This document shows positions 31,597 through 41,635 of a stretch of 64,000 nt of DNA, piece after piece; the stretch's first letter is position 1; each line of letters opens with the position of its first letter. Under the pieces are notes generated by a model. The model was not told the DNA's origin. It ran no database searches and saw only the letters and a program-made list of their open reading frames with translations. The stretch is from Promethearchaeota archaeon (GTDB lineage Archaea; Asgardarchaeota; Lokiarchaeia; Sigyniarchaeales; SOKP01), in the NCBI GenBank assembly GCA_048940925.1, contig JBHLOC010000005.1:16978-80977 (forward strand), given 5' to 3'. The position numbers were made by a program, and so were the translations under genes.

Positions 31597-31607
31597 ATTA
31601 AAAAAAA

Positions 31608-32175
31608 TTAAAAGTTAGGATTTTTTTCAAAAAATTCCTTGAATTTTTTTCCCTTAAGAGCATAAATTTTTGAAGTTCTAGCTCCTTCTAGTTTACCTGT
31701 ATAAATCCCTTCTTTTTTAATTGAAGCGGGGATACCAACCGCTAAGCTTCGGGGAGGGATTTCCTTATTCAGAAGAACAGCTCCCGCTGCAAGTACGGAT
31801 CCTTCACTAAGTTTTGAACGATGAAGCACATTTGAACCAATTCCGACTACACATCCATCTTCTATTATGCAAGGTCCGTGAACCATTCTGCAGATTGAAG
31901 GAAAATCTTCAAGCCTTAGCATGATGACCTATGATACAATCATTTCCTATGTATACGGAACTGTTTGCTTCAAGATGAATCGTTACGTTTTCTTGGATAC
32001 TTGTATTATTCCCTATCTTAATAGATCCCCAATCACCCCTTAAAACAGCTCCAAACCAGACATTCGACCCTTCTCCTATGGTAACATCTCCAATTATAAT
32101 TGCTGTTGGAGCAATATAAGCAGTATTATGAATTTCTGGCTCTTTTCCTGTTTCCGGACTTGGAATTACTGACAT
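31608..32175 (-). CDS. Gamma-carbonic-anhydrase-like hexapeptide-repeat protein, split by a 31-nt insert (join 32175-31917, 31885-31608 = 178 aa)
   Basis: IIGDVTIG..VWFGAVLRGD..QENVTIH..IGHHA in ORF1 and MVHGPC..GIPA in ORF2; removing 31 nt fuses them in frame. Confidence 0.9.
31886..31916 (-). other. Candidate bulge-helix-bulge (BHB) mRNA intron, 31 nt
   Basis: AGGCTTGAAGATTTTCCTTCAATCTGCAGAA with an internal TTGAAG/CTTCAA hairpin; the predicted cuts restore HHA-M-VHG. Confidence 0.7.
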
Positions 32176-32326
32176 ATTTCTTCACAGAAAAATTTTTGAA
32201 TTTGAAGAATTAAGCGAAGTATAATAAGGTTATGAAAACAAATAAGAAGAGTTATTTTAACTGCTTATAACAATTGTTTATAGGTAAAAGCAAAATTAAA
32301 AATAAAAAAATTAGATTCTTGTAGTT

Positions 32327-34729
32327 TCATGTTGAGTGCATCATTAACCATTGAGTAAATAATTGTGATATTTGCATCATAAAATTAGCATCATCAATAG
32401 AACCATTTTTTAATTGCAATACAAGATTCCCTATTTCATTCTTTTTACTTTCATGAAATTGCCTTAATCTATCAGATTCCACGATACCTTCTAGTATTCC
32501 CATAAATGTATCCCAATCTATAGTTGTGGGAACACTAACAGCTTCCTCAGCTACTTCCACTTTTTTAATCTTATATAAGGGATGCTCTTTATAAAATTCT
32601 TTTACATATTCATAGATCTGCTCACAAACCCTTTCAAATTCTTGTGGACTAAAATCAATACCAGGTTCTTGTTTGAGCCCAATAGACATAATATCAGACC
32701 AAGTAACATCTGTTCCTTTCATGGGCAAAACAGGTACCTCATACTTTTTTGAGAGTTCTAATTCATGAGCACAATCGACTGAATTGAATACAGATTTATT
32801 AGTACCTAAGAAGAAGACAACATCACTTATCGGAACATTTTTGTCCATGAATTCATCAATATTACCTGATAGGTCTTGTTCACAGAGAAGTACGTCATAC
32901 ACTTCAGGTTTAGCCTCTAAATAATTACCTAAATCAGATAAGCGATATGGTTCATAGTCTACAACTGCATGAGAAATGAAAATTGACATGCATGATCTTT
33001 GTTTAAAATAATCTCGAAGTGTATCTAAATCGCGTTTAGCTAATTGCTTTTCTTGACTCGATAAAGGATTATCCTCTAAGTTTAAAATTTCTAACGCTTC
33101 TAATGGCCATAATACATATGGCAATTTCTCGAATTTATTTTTATTAAGATTTAAACTCTTAATGTTAGAAAATCCCATGCTTTTTGGCAAAATTGTCAGT
33201 TCATTTTCCTCTAAATTAACATATTCTAGTTTTTCACACTGACCAAGAGATTCTGATATTGAAATTAATTTATTTCTACGAGCATCTAAAACATTAAGAG
33301 AATTCAGTTTATTGAATTGATCAGGTAATCTCTCTAATTTATTTTCATTTATATTTAATTTTTCTAATGAGGATAAATTACAAATTTCAGAAGGTAAGTT
33401 TAGTAATTGATTTTGATCTAAATCTAATTTTTGTAAGTTTACTAATTCTCCTATACTAGAAGGTAAGGTTTCAAGTTGATTATTAGATAAATATAATTCT
33501 CTTAATTTCTCTAACTTTCTAATACTCATAGGTAAACTTTTTAGGTTGCCTTCGGTAATTTTCAAGTACCACAAATAATTTAATTGTCCTATTGAATCGG
33601 GTAGGGATTCTAGAGGTGTTCTGCTAATATAAATATATTCCAGTTTTTTAAGCTGACCAATGTTAGCTGGTAATTGAGATAATTTACAATCACTAATAGT
33701 AAGACGTTGTAGTCCTTTCATTAGGGCAAATGATTCAGGTAAAGAAAAAATGTTATTCCCACTTAAGTCAAGGCCAAATACTTTATCTAAATTGCTTATC
33801 GATTCAGGTAATGTTTCAAGTTGGTTATTTGTTAAATTAATAGTAGCTAAATTTGTTAGATTGCCAATGGATTCAGGTATCTCTTTAACTTGATTATTAT
33901 CTATACGAAGATTAGTTAATGATCTTAAATTACCGATACTAGAAGGAAGAGATTCGAGTTTATTATTTTTAACGAGAAGAACCTTCAGATTTAACAATTT
34001 ACCAATAGATTCAGGTAAACTATGCAAATCTAGAGAACTAATTTCTAAGTTCTCAAGTGCAGTGAGATCTCCAATTGAATCTGGTAATTGAGTAATGTTA
34101 TTTACTCCTATATCAAGAGAATTAAGTGATTTAAGCTGTCCTAGTATTGTAGGTAACTCTGTTATTTTATTATGACCAAGTGCAAGTTTTCTTAGAGCAT
34201 GTAAATTATAGATATTTTCTGGAACATGCATTAATCTGTTATCACTTACGTCGAGTTCAATTAAGGTTGAACAAGCACCAATTTCAATTGGTATATCTCT
34301 TAATTTATTAGAACGAAGATCTAATTTTTCTAGATTCTTGAAATTAGATATCCAGCTTGGAAGTACTTTCAACTCATTAACGCCTAAGCTTATTTCTCTT
34401 AAAGATATACAATTTGCCATACTTGAAGGAAGTTCTGTTAATTGATTTTGAGATGCTCCTAACCATTCTAAGCTAGTTAATTCCCCAATAGAATTTGGTA
34501 GATTCTCAATTTTGTTCCCATAACAAAGTAATGTTTTTAATTCTTTGCAATTTCCTAAATTTTCAGGTAAGTTATCAAGATTACCTCGAGTAATTTCAAT
34601 TCTGATAACATGATTATCCTCCACCCAGAAATTATTAGAACTCCAACTTGATCCTACTTTTTGTTCTAAATCCTTTAATACTTCTACTTCTTCATTCGGT
34701 AATGTAAAATCCATATATTGGATACTCAT
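32327..34729 (-). CDS. LRR (about 22 repeats)-TIR protein with catalytic Glu
   Basis: 23-aa LxxLPxSIGxLxxL repeats; TIR from aa 581: SIFISHA..DVVFFLGTNKSVFNSVDCAHELE (E656). Confidence 0.88.
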   Translation of the reverse strand: MSIQYMDFTLPNEEVEVLKDLEQKVGSSWSSNNFWVEDNHVIRIEITRGNLDNLPENLGNCKELKTLLCYGNKIENLPNSIGELTSLEWLGASQNQLTELPSSMANCISLREISLGVNELKVLPSWISNFKNLEKLDLRSNKLRDIPIEIGACSTLIELDVSDNRLMHVPENIYNLHALRKLALGHNKITELPTILGQLKSLNSLDIGVNNITQLPDSIGDLTALENLEISSLDLHSLPESIGKLLNLKVLLVKNNKLESLPSSIGNLRSLTNLRIDNNQVKEIPESIGNLTNLATINLTNNQLETLPESISNLDKVFGLDLSGNNIFSLPESFALMKGLQRLTISDCKLSQLPANIGQLKKLEYIYISRTPLESLPDSIGQLNYLWYLKITEGNLKSLPMSIRKLEKLRELYLSNNQLETLPSSIGELVNLQKLDLDQNQLLNLPSEICNLSSLEKLNINENKLERLPDQFNKLNSLNVLDARRNKLISISESLGQCEKLEYVNLEENELTILPKSMGFSNIKSLNLNKNKFEKLPYVLWPLEALEILNLEDNPLSSQEKQLAKRDLDTLRDYFKQRSCMSIFISHAVVDYEPYRLSDLGNYLEAKPEVYDVLLCEQDLSGNIDEFMDKNVPISDVVFFLGTNKSVFNSVDCAHELELSKKYEVPVLPMKGTDVTWSDIMSIGLKQEPGIDFSPQEFERVCEQIYEYVKEFYKEHPLYKIKKVEVAEEAVSVPTTIDWDTFMGILEGIVESDRLRQFHESKKNEIGNLVLQLKNGSIDDANFMMQISQLFTQWLMMHST

Positions 34730-37107
34730 GTTTGTCCCCCTCCAAGATATTGCTTCATAGCTTGTTTTTGTTGCATAAATCCCATGAAATAACCAGAGAG
34801 TTGGGTAAGAAATAAACCTTCTCCCCCAACCTTTGCACTCTGCAAACTAGTACAAATTGTAGTTAAAGCTACTTGATTTTTCTCAAAAAAATCTTTCATA
34901 TCATTTAAATGAATTATACGATTAAGCTCAGCTTTAAATGTTCCAAAACTAGTAGTATCACCGACTTCTGCCTCAATTTCTTTTAGTAGAATGTTAGTTT
35001 TGTCTTTAAAGATATTATGTGATCGTTTCAATTGTTGAATATAACTATAGGTATTTTCACAAAAACCGGTAAAGTCATTGGGAGTAAATTCATGGCCTAA
35101 TTCACGGCTTAGATCTACTACTGCAAGATCAGCCCAACTAACATCCAGTCCTTTTAAAGGTACTACTTCAATTCCTTGTGATTTAGCATTTTTTAAGATT
35201 TGAACCATATTTGGAGAATTTATTGATCTTGCTGTAGCAAGAAATAAAATTAAATCAGTCGCAGTGAGATTAGATTCAATAGGAGGTAGGATTGCAAAAA
35301 TTTCGCTTTTATTTTCTAAATATTCAATCAATTCAGGAATACGATGAGCTTCCGCATCAATTTCAGTGTGCATAAGCATTATTGCGATACTTGTTCGTTG
35401 ACGACAATATTCTAATATGGCATCAGTGTCTCTTTGTGCAATTTCCTGTTCTTCTTCTGAAAGTGGATTGCCCATAACTTTTAACTTTCTTAAAGATTTC
35501 ATTGTCCATATAAAATAAGGAAGGGTTGAAAGTTGATTATTAGAAATATCAAGATCAGATAATTTCATCTCTGTAATGGCTTCAGGTAATTCAGAAATTT
35601 GGTTATTACTTAACCACAGAGTTTCTAGACTATCTAAATTCGCAATAGATGGAGGTAGTTCTGTAATCTTATTATTCATTAATAAAAACCAGCTTAAAGA
35701 TTTCAATTGTTCGATGCAATCTGGGATCTCATTTATTAAATTAAATGAGAGTTGTAATTGATTAAGTTTTGTTAATCTACAGAGGGATAAGGGAATTGAT
35801 GAGATCCTATTTGAATTAAGATTTAGACTTTTTAAATCAGAGAGTTCACCAATAGAATCTGGTATTCTAGACAAACGATTTTGGGATAGACTAACTTCTG
35901 TGAGTAGTGTAAGCTGACCAAAATTGTCTGACAAGATCCTTAATCCATTATTTTCACATTTAAATACTTTTAACTTTTTCAATTCACAAAAAGATTTAGG
36001 GAGTTCTGATATTTCATTGTAAAGAGGTTTATCATCATTAGTTGACCATGTACCATTAAGATCTAATTCTTCTAACTCGTGGAGATTCCCAAAAGATTCG
36101 GGTAAGGATTCAAGTTTATTTTGAGACAGATCTAAGAACCTTAGGTTGGTTAAATTACCAATACTGTCAGGTAGAAGGTCTAGATCTTTCCAACCAATAT
36201 TTAATCCTATAATATGTTGATTGTCACTTATAAAGCCAAAATGGCTTACACTAGCAGATTGTTCTGATACCTGCTGTACTGGTTGCATAGCTTGTTGTTG
36301 CACTTGTTGCGATGTTTGCATTTGTACTCCATATTGTGCCAGAATATTTTGTATATTTTGAAATATTGATTGAGCATATTGTTTAGCGAATTGCATCGCT
36401 AACTCTTCACTCATTCCAAGTACTGGTTTCAAACCAGCGAAAGTAGGGTCGTTTTCTCCTAATACCTGAATACCCACTTCGATAGTTTCTTTTAATTGGG
36501 TTTGATATTCTGGTGTAATCATCGAATTGTAATAATTTATGCATTCCTTTTCTAATTCTTCAAAAGGTATCTGAGAAAACATGACATCATTTATTCTTCG
36601 AGTTGCTTCTTTGTTTACTGCCTGGAGTTTGAAATTTTGTTGCATAAATATCGCCATAGCTTTTGCTTTTTGTTTTGCCTTATCTTCGTCCATTTCTAAC
36701 ATTGCTTTAATTTGCTTAACAGAGGGATGTTCTTCCCCTAACATCGGAACAAGAGATTTAAGCTGCGCTTGTAGACTTGCTTGCATAGTTGGATTTACTT
36801 GTGCTAAATACTGACTTTCATACTGTTTCTCTAAATCTTCTAATGAGAGTTGTGCTAATCTTTCCTGTTCCGCCGTTTGAGCTTTGACAGCTTGATCTTG
36901 GGAATCTAGAATTGACTGAATGCTCATCTGACTTGTTTGGGGTTGGTATGCTTGAAATGATTCAGCTACTTTCCGTTTTGCTTCATCTCTATCTTCACGA
37001 CAAGGAATTTTTTCTGCAATGAATTTCTCTATTTGCTCAAGAAATTCTGTTTCTGATGCTACTAATAATACACCATTATATTCTTTTAATTCTTCAATAA
37101 TTATCAC
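34726..37107 (-). CDS. LRR (about 11 repeats)-degenerate TIR protein with a Gln-rich helical insertion
   Basis: LRRs; C-terminal region aligns with the neighbour's TIR but NSPNMVQIL replaces NSVDCAHEL; ATGA overlap with the neighbour. Confidence 0.85.
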   Translation of the reverse strand: MIIIEELKEYNGVLLVASETEFLEQIEKFIAEKIPCREDRDEAKRKVAESFQAYQPQTSQMSIQSILDSQDQAVKAQTAEQERLAQLSLEDLEKQYESQYLAQVNPTMQASLQAQLKSLVPMLGEEHPSVKQIKAMLEMDEDKAKQKAKAMAIFMQQNFKLQAVNKEATRRINDVMFSQIPFEELEKECINYYNSMITPEYQTQLKETIEVGIQVLGENDPTFAGLKPVLGMSEELAMQFAKQYAQSIFQNIQNILAQYGVQMQTSQQVQQQAMQPVQQVSEQSASVSHFGFISDNQHIIGLNIGWKDLDLLPDSIGNLTNLRFLDLSQNKLESLPESFGNLHELEELDLNGTWSTNDDKPLYNEISELPKSFCELKKLKVFKCENNGLRILSDNFGQLTLLTEVSLSQNRLSRIPDSIGELSDLKSLNLNSNRISSIPLSLCRLTKLNQLQLSFNLINEIPDCIEQLKSLSWFLLMNNKITELPPSIANLDSLETLWLSNNQISELPEAITEMKLSDLDISNNQLSTLPYFIWTMKSLRKLKVMGNPLSEEEQEIAQRDTDAILEYCRQRTSIAIMLMHTEIDAEAHRIPELIEYLENKSEIFAILPPIESNLTATDLILFLATARSINSPNMVQILKNAKSQGIEVVPLKGLDVSWADLAVVDLSRELGHEFTPNDFTGFCENTYSYIQQLKRSHNIFKDKTNILLKEIEAEVGDTTSFGTFKAELNRIIHLNDMKDFFEKNQVALTTICTSLQSAKVGGEGLFLTQLSGYFMGFMQQKQAMKQYLGGGQT

Positions 37108-37242
37108 CTAATAGTTGCATTTAATGCAATATTGATTCTAATTTTTGATTAGTATTATTAATGAAGCTTAAGAATTTTTATATGTTTGCTTTCATATAAT
37201 AACAAATCTAATTAAAATAATTCAAAATATATCTTATCAAAA

Positions 37243-39705
37243 GTGACTAAGATGGAAACACCATCTTTTAAAAGAAGTAATTCTAAGAAAATAATTGAGA
37301 AACAGATATCTACAGAGACTAAAATTTCAAAAAAGGTAATCGAAACTGTATTATCTCATCATAAACTTGAAGTAAGAGATATTGAAATAAGTCCTGATGG
37401 GAAATTCTTAATATCTTGCTCTGAATGTGAAGAACAAGAAAATCCAAACTTAATTGTTTGGAATATCGACGAGTTACTAGAGGGAGAGACTACTCCTGAA
37501 ATTATACTTCAAGCAGAAAAAAAAGTTAATAAATACACAAAGGTTTCAAATTGGCTTTTATGCGTTGATTCTACAGTTGTCAAGATTGGGAATATCATAT
37601 GGTGGGTAATATGTGCGGGAAGCATCATTGGGGACATTTATATATGGGCTTTTAAGCATACCCCAGATATAAAAAAATGGGATTTTGAAAATTATAAATC
37701 TATAATCTTATCTGGAGGTAACGTAAACCCTGAAGAATATCCAAAAGCTATATTTGATATTAAGATACAAAATGATATAAATCAAAACAGTTTGTTCCAT
37801 ATTTATTTTGCATTAAATAACATACATACAACCATATGGAAAGAAAAAACTCATGATAATACACTTAATAAAATGAAAGTTTCTCTTGATGGATCAGGAA
37901 TAATTTCAAAAATAGAAGATAGTAAAGTCATTGGGATTAACGATGAGTGGATAACAAAGCTTATGATCAAAAGAGATCAGAAAGAAGAAATATTATTCAC
38001 TGGTTCTAAAGATGGTAAATTGAATTTATGGAATATTGCTGCAGGAACAGATCCAACATTAATTGGTAAGCATGATGGGGGAATTACAGATATTAGTATA
38101 ATCAAAAATGGCAAAATGATCGCATCATCCTCTAATGATACAAAAATAACTATCTGGGAACTAGATTCTGCAAACAAGTATAATAAAAAGAAGGATCTTA
38201 TTGGACATACAGAAGCAGTTTTAGCTATTGATGTTCAAACTGATGATAATTATTTAATTTCAGCATCTAAAGATAATACTATTAAAATATGGGATTTAAA
38301 AGAATTAAGATGGATTAGGAGTATAAATATTCATAATTACATGGATAAGTATGAGAAAAATGGAAAAGATGCTGGAAAGGAGGTTCTGGTAAAGGGATTA
38401 AATTATGTGAGAAATATTAAAATTTCACCTGATAATCGTTATATATTTGTCTCAAAGTATAACAAAATTGTTATTCTACGTAATTTTGGTAATGTATGGC
38501 ATTTCATTCAGCAATTAAAATATATTAAAGAATATGACCCAGAATTATATAGAAAGATCTATGGAGATAATTTAAAACAGATTGCTAAACATAGCCCTGA
38601 AATTGAAGAATCTCTCAAGAATTTGTATAATATCATAAAAAAACGTTTAATAAAAACTAGGAAAATTGAGTTAGCAGGTAAAACAGAACAAAAGATAGAT
38701 TATAACATGCGTGAACTAGGCACACTCTTTATACCATCATTTATGAAATTTGAACCAAAATTAAAATCCCAAATGGAGTTTATATTAGGAACTAAACAGA
38801 ATTATGAAGCTTATTGGCAAAGTATAAGAAATTCTATATTTAAATTACCTGATATCCCTTGGGGTTTCAAGCTATATATAACAACTTCAGAGATGGACGA
38901 AAGGATTGAAGATTCTAATTTCGTAGAAATAACAACTCAAGCTGAAGAGTTTCCTTATATTATTTTAAAAGATCGATCTCAGACTCAAATCCGATTTTTA
39001 ATGGTATTAAACAAAGTCCCAACAAGTTTTATTCCTTTATTAAACAATATTTCTATCGATATTGAAGATGATCGCGGAGATAAAGACACTTTAGTGTTTT
39101 CCGATTTTACATATTCAAAAAATTTTCTACGAATTTTAACAAATCCACTACGTTCTTTAGAAAAAGTTAAAAAAATATATGAACCGGAGTATATTTATTA
39201 CGCTGATTGCACTTTTCAGATTGATGAAGGATATTGTGTTGAGGATTTTGCTAATATTTTTATAAGAAAAATTACAGTAGAATATACAGATACTTTAGAG
39301 CCCTCAGAATCTACTACAAGTAATAAAGAGGATTTTAAAATCATTGAAGCTTTTAAAAATAATTTTATATATCCGCTAACACCAAAAACTAAGATCCAAA
39401 TTGGTAAAGGCTTGAAATCAAAACTAGGCAAAATGATTGATGAATATTTTGCAAAAATAATCATTGTAGAATTTTTGTTAAGTATATGGGGTTTTATTGA
39501 AGTCGGAATACCCTCTATAATTCCTGATTTTGAGATGCCTGGATGGATTTCAATACTAGTGAATATTGCATCAATTAGTATTATTCTTATAATTTTCATA
39601 ATGATGATAGTGCAATCACGTAGCGGAAAGAAAAGAGATATTGATATAGATGAATTAGATGAGAAAATGAGAAAAAGGAGGAGACGTAAATATGGAAAAA
39701 AATAA
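37243..39705 (+). CDS. WD40-repeat protein with C-terminal TM helices
   Basis: FTGSKDGKLNLWN, GHTEAV..ISASKDNTIKIWD; two hydrophobic helices and a basic tail. Confidence 0.88.
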   Translation: MTKMETPSFKRSNSKKIIEKQISTETKISKKVIETVLSHHKLEVRDIEISPDGKFLISCSECEEQENPNLIVWNIDELLEGETTPEIILQAEKKVNKYTKVSNWLLCVDSTVVKIGNIIWWVICAGSIIGDIYIWAFKHTPDIKKWDFENYKSIILSGGNVNPEEYPKAIFDIKIQNDINQNSLFHIYFALNNIHTTIWKEKTHDNTLNKMKVSLDGSGIISKIEDSKVIGINDEWITKLMIKRDQKEEILFTGSKDGKLNLWNIAAGTDPTLIGKHDGGITDISIIKNGKMIASSSNDTKITIWELDSANKYNKKKDLIGHTEAVLAIDVQTDDNYLISASKDNTIKIWDLKELRWIRSINIHNYMDKYEKNGKDAGKEVLVKGLNYVRNIKISPDNRYIFVSKYNKIVILRNFGNVWHFIQQLKYIKEYDPELYRKIYGDNLKQIAKHSPEIEESLKNLYNIIKKRLIKTRKIELAGKTEQKIDYNMRELGTLFIPSFMKFEPKLKSQMEFILGTKQNYEAYWQSIRNSIFKLPDIPWGFKLYITTSEMDERIEDSNFVEITTQAEEFPYIILKDRSQTQIRFLMVLNKVPTSFIPLLNNISIDIEDDRGDKDTLVFSDFTYSKNFLRILTNPLRSLEKVKKIYEPEYIYYADCTFQIDEGYCVEDFANIFIRKITVEYTDTLEPSESTTSNKEDFKIIEAFKNNFIYPLTPKTKIQIGKGLKSKLGKMIDEYFAKIIIVEFLLSIWGFIEVGIPSIIPDFEMPGWISILVNIASISIILIIFIMMIVQSRSGKKRDIDIDELDEKMRKRRRRKYGKK

Positions 39706-40561
39706 AGAATTAAATATTATTATAACCAGTTCGGTTCAGAATGATTTCATTGAACCATTAGATATTCATCCCGTACCAGAAGATAGTTTAAAATTAGGGT
39801 ACGCACAAGTTTCAAATAAATGGATGGAATATTTTTTAAATCAAAATAGAGATACGAGTGAAGCAAATATTGATCAATTCATACTTTGGTTGAAACATAA
39901 CGCTAGTAATGAAGCGATTGGCGAATCTTTATCTTATCATCACATCTTAGAGCATTTCAGGCATAGAGTTCATATTGATTTTGATGAAACCAGAAGATTA
40001 TGGGAAGGGAATAAACTTAACCTTTTCATACGAGATTTGATGAATAAAGCATCTGAATCAAATTCAAATGAAACTAGTGGAGTAGAATATCAGTGCATTC
40101 ATTTAAGAGATTGGCATGACCACACAGATGAAACACAGAAAGGAGAAATGGATCTCTTTGGGCCCCATTGTATAAAAGGCACTTATGGAGCTAAATTTAT
40201 ATCACCATTGAATGAACTGATACAAAAGCATCATGACTTTAATGTGGTTATAAATTCAAATAGCCTTAGTTCATTCGATGAAACAGATCTCGAATCTGTA
40301 TTAGAAACAGTTATTAAAAATGCAGGGAGTTCCCATAAAGAAGTTAAAATTGGTGTTTTTGGAGTGATTACCAATGTAAAAGTTTTTCTTTTAACATTTG
40401 AGCTAATGATTATCCACAAATTTAAAAATGTTTATGTTTGTGGTGATTTCTGCGCTGGTTTTAACAAACAAGGTCACGAAACAGGTATTAGCTCAATGGC
40501 TAACATTTTAGCAGCCAATGTTGTGGATCAGATCAAATTTAGAGAAATCTTTAATATATAA
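39692..40561 (+). CDS. Nicotinamidase/isochorismatase-fold protein with a substituted catalytic triad
   Basis: SSVQNDF, RDWH, GPHCIKGTYGA, GVITNVKV. Confidence 0.8.
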   Translation: MEKNKELNIIITSSVQNDFIEPLDIHPVPEDSLKLGYAQVSNKWMEYFLNQNRDTSEANIDQFILWLKHNASNEAIGESLSYHHILEHFRHRVHIDFDETRRLWEGNKLNLFIRDLMNKASESNSNETSGVEYQCIHLRDWHDHTDETQKGEMDLFGPHCIKGTYGAKFISPLNELIQKHHDFNVVINSNSLSSFDETDLESVLETVIKNAGSSHKEVKIGVFGVITNVKVFLLTFELMIIHKFKNVYVCGDFCAGFNKQGHETGISSMANILAANVVDQIKFREIFNI

Positions 40562-40679
40562 CTAACTAATCTTTTTATTTTCTTTTTTCTCTTTCGTTTT
40601 ATTTTTTATCACAAGAGGACTTATTTTAACTTAAACCTTTTATATACTTCAGAAGTGATGAAATTATTTTACTATACAC

Positions 40680-41624
40680 ATGACTGCAAAACAATTACAA
40701 GAAGAGATTTTAACTCTAAAAAAGCACAATGAAGTAACAATTCTAGCTCATTATTATCAACCAATCGAAATTCAAGACATTGCAGATTTCGTAGGTGACT
40801 CTCTTGGGTTATCCCGTACTGCTAAAGAACAAGCAAATACAGAGTTTATTATATTTGCTGGCGTTGATTTTATGGCAGAAACTGCTTCAATCTTAAATCA
40901 AGATAAACATGTATTAATTCCTAACTACGAATCATGTTGTCCTATGGCAGCATTTTTAACTCCAGAAATGGTTATAGACTTTAAAAAAGAATATCCTGAA
41001 TTACCCGTTGTTGTATATGTTAACTCAACTGCCGCAGTAAAAGCTGAATCTGATATCTGTTGTACATCTGCTAATGCGGTTAAAATTGTTGAGAACATTA
41101 GTCATGAATTTGGTGTTGAATCTGTATTATTTGGACCAGATGCCAACTTAGCAGATTATGCTGAACAGATCTCAGGGATTAGATGCCTTAAAATGCCAGA
41201 AGAAGGTCATTGTTATGTGCATTCGCAGATAACTATAGAAGACATAAAAAATGTAAAAGAGAAATATCCTAGCGCAGAACTCATTGTACATCCTGAGTGT
41301 ATTAGAGGTGTAAGAGAATTATCAGATTTCGTAGGGTCAACAACTCGAATGTATAATTATGTTAAAAAAAATTCTTCAAAAGTAGATGAATTTATTATAG
41401 GAACGGAAGTTGGACTCTTAGAACGTTTAACTGAAGATTTTCCTGATAATAAGTTCTACCTCGCAAAAGATAGACTAATTTGCTACAATATGAAGAAGCA
41501 CAATCTCGAACTCATTAAATACCTTTTGGAAAATTTAGATGATAAAGCTTTTGAGGTGAAAGTGCCTACAGAAATTGCAGATCGTGCTATAAAGCCAATT
41601 GAAAAGATGCTAAAATACTCTTAA
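40680..41624 (+). CDS. nadA: Quinolinate synthase
   Basis: ILAHYYQ, GDSL, FMAETA, CPMA, YVNS, CTSANA, CYVH, VHPEC, GTE, CYNMK. Confidence 0.97.
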   Translation: MTAKQLQEEILTLKKHNEVTILAHYYQPIEIQDIADFVGDSLGLSRTAKEQANTEFIIFAGVDFMAETASILNQDKHVLIPNYESCCPMAAFLTPEMVIDFKKEYPELPVVVYVNSTAAVKAESDICCTSANAVKIVENISHEFGVESVLFGPDANLADYAEQISGIRCLKMPEEGHCYVHSQITIEDIKNVKEKYPSAELIVHPECIRGVRELSDFVGSTTRMYNYVKKNSSKVDEFIIGTEVGLLERLTEDFPDNKFYLAKDRLICYNMKKHNLELIKYLLENLDDKAFEVKVPTEIADRAIKPIEKMLKYS

Positions 41625-41635
41625 GAATTATAACT

